Part shown: positions 62,904 to 64,000 of the stretch, in pieces
Numbering within the stretch: the first letter of the stretch is position 1
How the letters are laid out: each line of letters starts with the position of its first letter
Origin: a virus
Taxonomy: Duplodnaviria; Caudoviricetes
Direction: 5' to 3' (one strand)
Length of the DNA: 64,000 nucleotides
IMG/VR virus record: IMGVR_UViG_2916441648_000002
Span: 1-64,000 of that record
Program-made: the position numbers and the translations under genes
The notes under the pieces: generated by a model
What the model saw: the letters and a program-made list of their open reading frames with translations, nothing else
Told to the model about the DNA's origin: nothing
The model's database searches: none

Positions 62904-63560
62904 TCATTTAACCGACTCATGCACGATTTTCGCCAGTTTCCGGCTCGGGGGACCACTGTTACCAATGCGAGGGCTGAACACCTTACTGATGTCCCAGCCT
63001 GCCTTCAGTCGATACTCAATGGAGTTTCTCGAAATACCCAGGTAATCCGCCCATTCGTTAAGACACATCGTCTTGCCGTGAGCGGTATATCTGCGGTCGG
63101 AGTTCTCTCGCATTGTCTTTCTCATCTTGTCTACGCCTCGCTTCTGATTGCACACAGGGCAACTTGGCACAAGATTGTCAGGCTCGTTATTGGTCTTACA
63201 GTCATCGAGGTGGTCGATGTGAAGGGTGTCCCAGCCAACGGTTTTTGCACACCAGTGACAACGGAACGGTCCAGCCCCATGTTTGTCGTAATAGACTTTC
63301 CGGTGCTCGTAAACACGAGGACTCCCACATGCCAAAGGATGATCGGGCGCATACACCAGCAGATATCCGCCAGTGTGCTCCAGCTTGCCATCCTTTCTTG
63401 TGCTGAGCTTCTCTGTCGTTCCATGACGCCGGACGCGCATGTAATGCTTTTCACAGTAGTGGCTGTTACGGGATCGTACCGATAATTCGCATCCATCCAC
63501 AATGCAGGCAGCATGGGCGTGCGGAAGCCCTGAACCATGTTTCGATTCAGTCATCTTCAC
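62904..63560 (-). CDS. Free-standing HNH homing endonuclease with C-terminal HTH
   Basis: C..C..CEKH N-terminal motif, YEHR, LHIDH..NN..DNL..C..C, LNEWADYLGISRNSIEYRL. Confidence 0.75.
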   Translation of the reverse strand: MKMTESKHGSGLPHAHAACIVDGCELSVRSRNSHYCEKHYMRVRRHGTTEKLSTRKDGKLEHTGGYLLVYAPDHPLACGSPRVYEHRKVYYDKHGAGPFRCHWCAKTVGWDTLHIDHLDDCKTNNEPDNLVPSCPVCNQKRGVDKMRKTMRENSDRRYTAHGKTMCLNEWADYLGISRNSIEYRLKAGWDISKVFSPRIGNSGPPSRKLAKIVHESVK

Positions 63561-63568
63561 CTCGTTAC

Positions 63569-63925
63569 TTAATTTCTGTTCAGGCGCTCGCGTGCTGTCT
63601 TAGCTTTATGGCAGCCGCGGCAAATTGATTCCAGATTAGAAAGATCGTCAGTGCCACCGTGAGCTTTCGGCTTTATGTGGTCCACCGTCTCAGCGGGTGT
63701 ATACCTTCCATTTCGCAGGCATTCCTGACAAAGGTGTTTATCTCTGTCGAGAACGATTGGACGCAGCCTGTCCCACTTGCTGCCATAACCTCGCTGATGC
63801 CTGCTCTGTCCTCGCTGATGCTGCTGCCAGCCTTCGTTAAGGTGCTGGGGACAATAGCCTGAGCGGTCTGTGGTTGTGCCAGGACAGCCACGCTTGCGGC
63901 ATGCTCTCGGTATTAACGCAGGCAT
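63569..63925 (-). CDS. Packaging-associated HNH endonuclease
   Basis: RGYGSKW, LCQEC, VDHIKPKAHGGTDDLSNLESICRGCH. Confidence 0.88.
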   Translation of the reverse strand: MPALIPRACRKRGCPGTTTDRSGYCPQHLNEGWQQHQRGQSRHQRGYGSKWDRLRPIVLDRDKHLCQECLRNGRYTPAETVDHIKPKAHGGTDDLSNLESICRGCHKAKTARERLNRN

Positions 63926-64000
63926 CAGGCTAACCTCCACGCCACCCGGCGTTCTGTACGTGGCGCTGAGTCAGGGTGACGCTCAACCGGTTCACCATCT

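Larger units (their letters stand above)
41353..64000. mobile_element. Prophage B, HK97/lambda-like siphovirus, truncated by the window end
   Basis: Second full set of tail, head and terminase genes starts after the att core, with an end cassette homologous to bases 1-600. Confidence 0.95.

Noticed and set aside
55890-63485. Numerous 60-240 aa plus-strand ORFs across prophage B head genes
   Set aside because: All overlap well-supported minus-strand structural genes and lack motifs.

Overview
The whole window is temperate-phage DNA from an Enterobacterales host (host inferred from LexA boxes, the tRNA-Pro(GGG) att core and gene homologies). It holds two different long-tailed prophages in tandem. 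Prophage A (about 1-41352) is essentially complete; its left att should lie about 100 bp before base 1. It has a minus-strand late region: tailspike, tail, HK97-type head with a fused protease-capsid gene, terminase, HNH, two glycosyltransferases, lysis genes and Q. It also has a minus-strand early-right region (RusA, LexA-like HTH, two DNA methyltransferases, O-like initiator with iterons, cII-like, cro) and a plus-strand cI and early-left arm ending in xis-int. A 46-bp copy of the 3' half of tRNA-Pro(GGG) at 41307-41352 joins it to prophage B (41353 to beyond 64000). Of B, only the end cassette, lambda-like tail, HK97-like head, terminases and two HNH genes are visible. The strongest leads are: (1) a C5 DNA methyltransferase apparently split into two polypeptides, with a 266-aa gene carrying motif IX and its own strong Shine-Dalgarno nested in another frame of the main gene; (2) three glycosyltransferase domains translationally coupled to the packaging genes, a candidate virion- or DNA-glycosylation system; (3) an SOS-linked module made of a LexA-box-controlled pre-cleaved UmuD'-like cassette in both prophages, a protease-less LexA DNA-binding protein and a LexA box beside att; (4) a C4-like structured RNA region in the pL leader; (5) a tandem-repeat protein next to the portal, plus several morons. 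All calls come from motif recognition by eye. No database search or folding computation was run.
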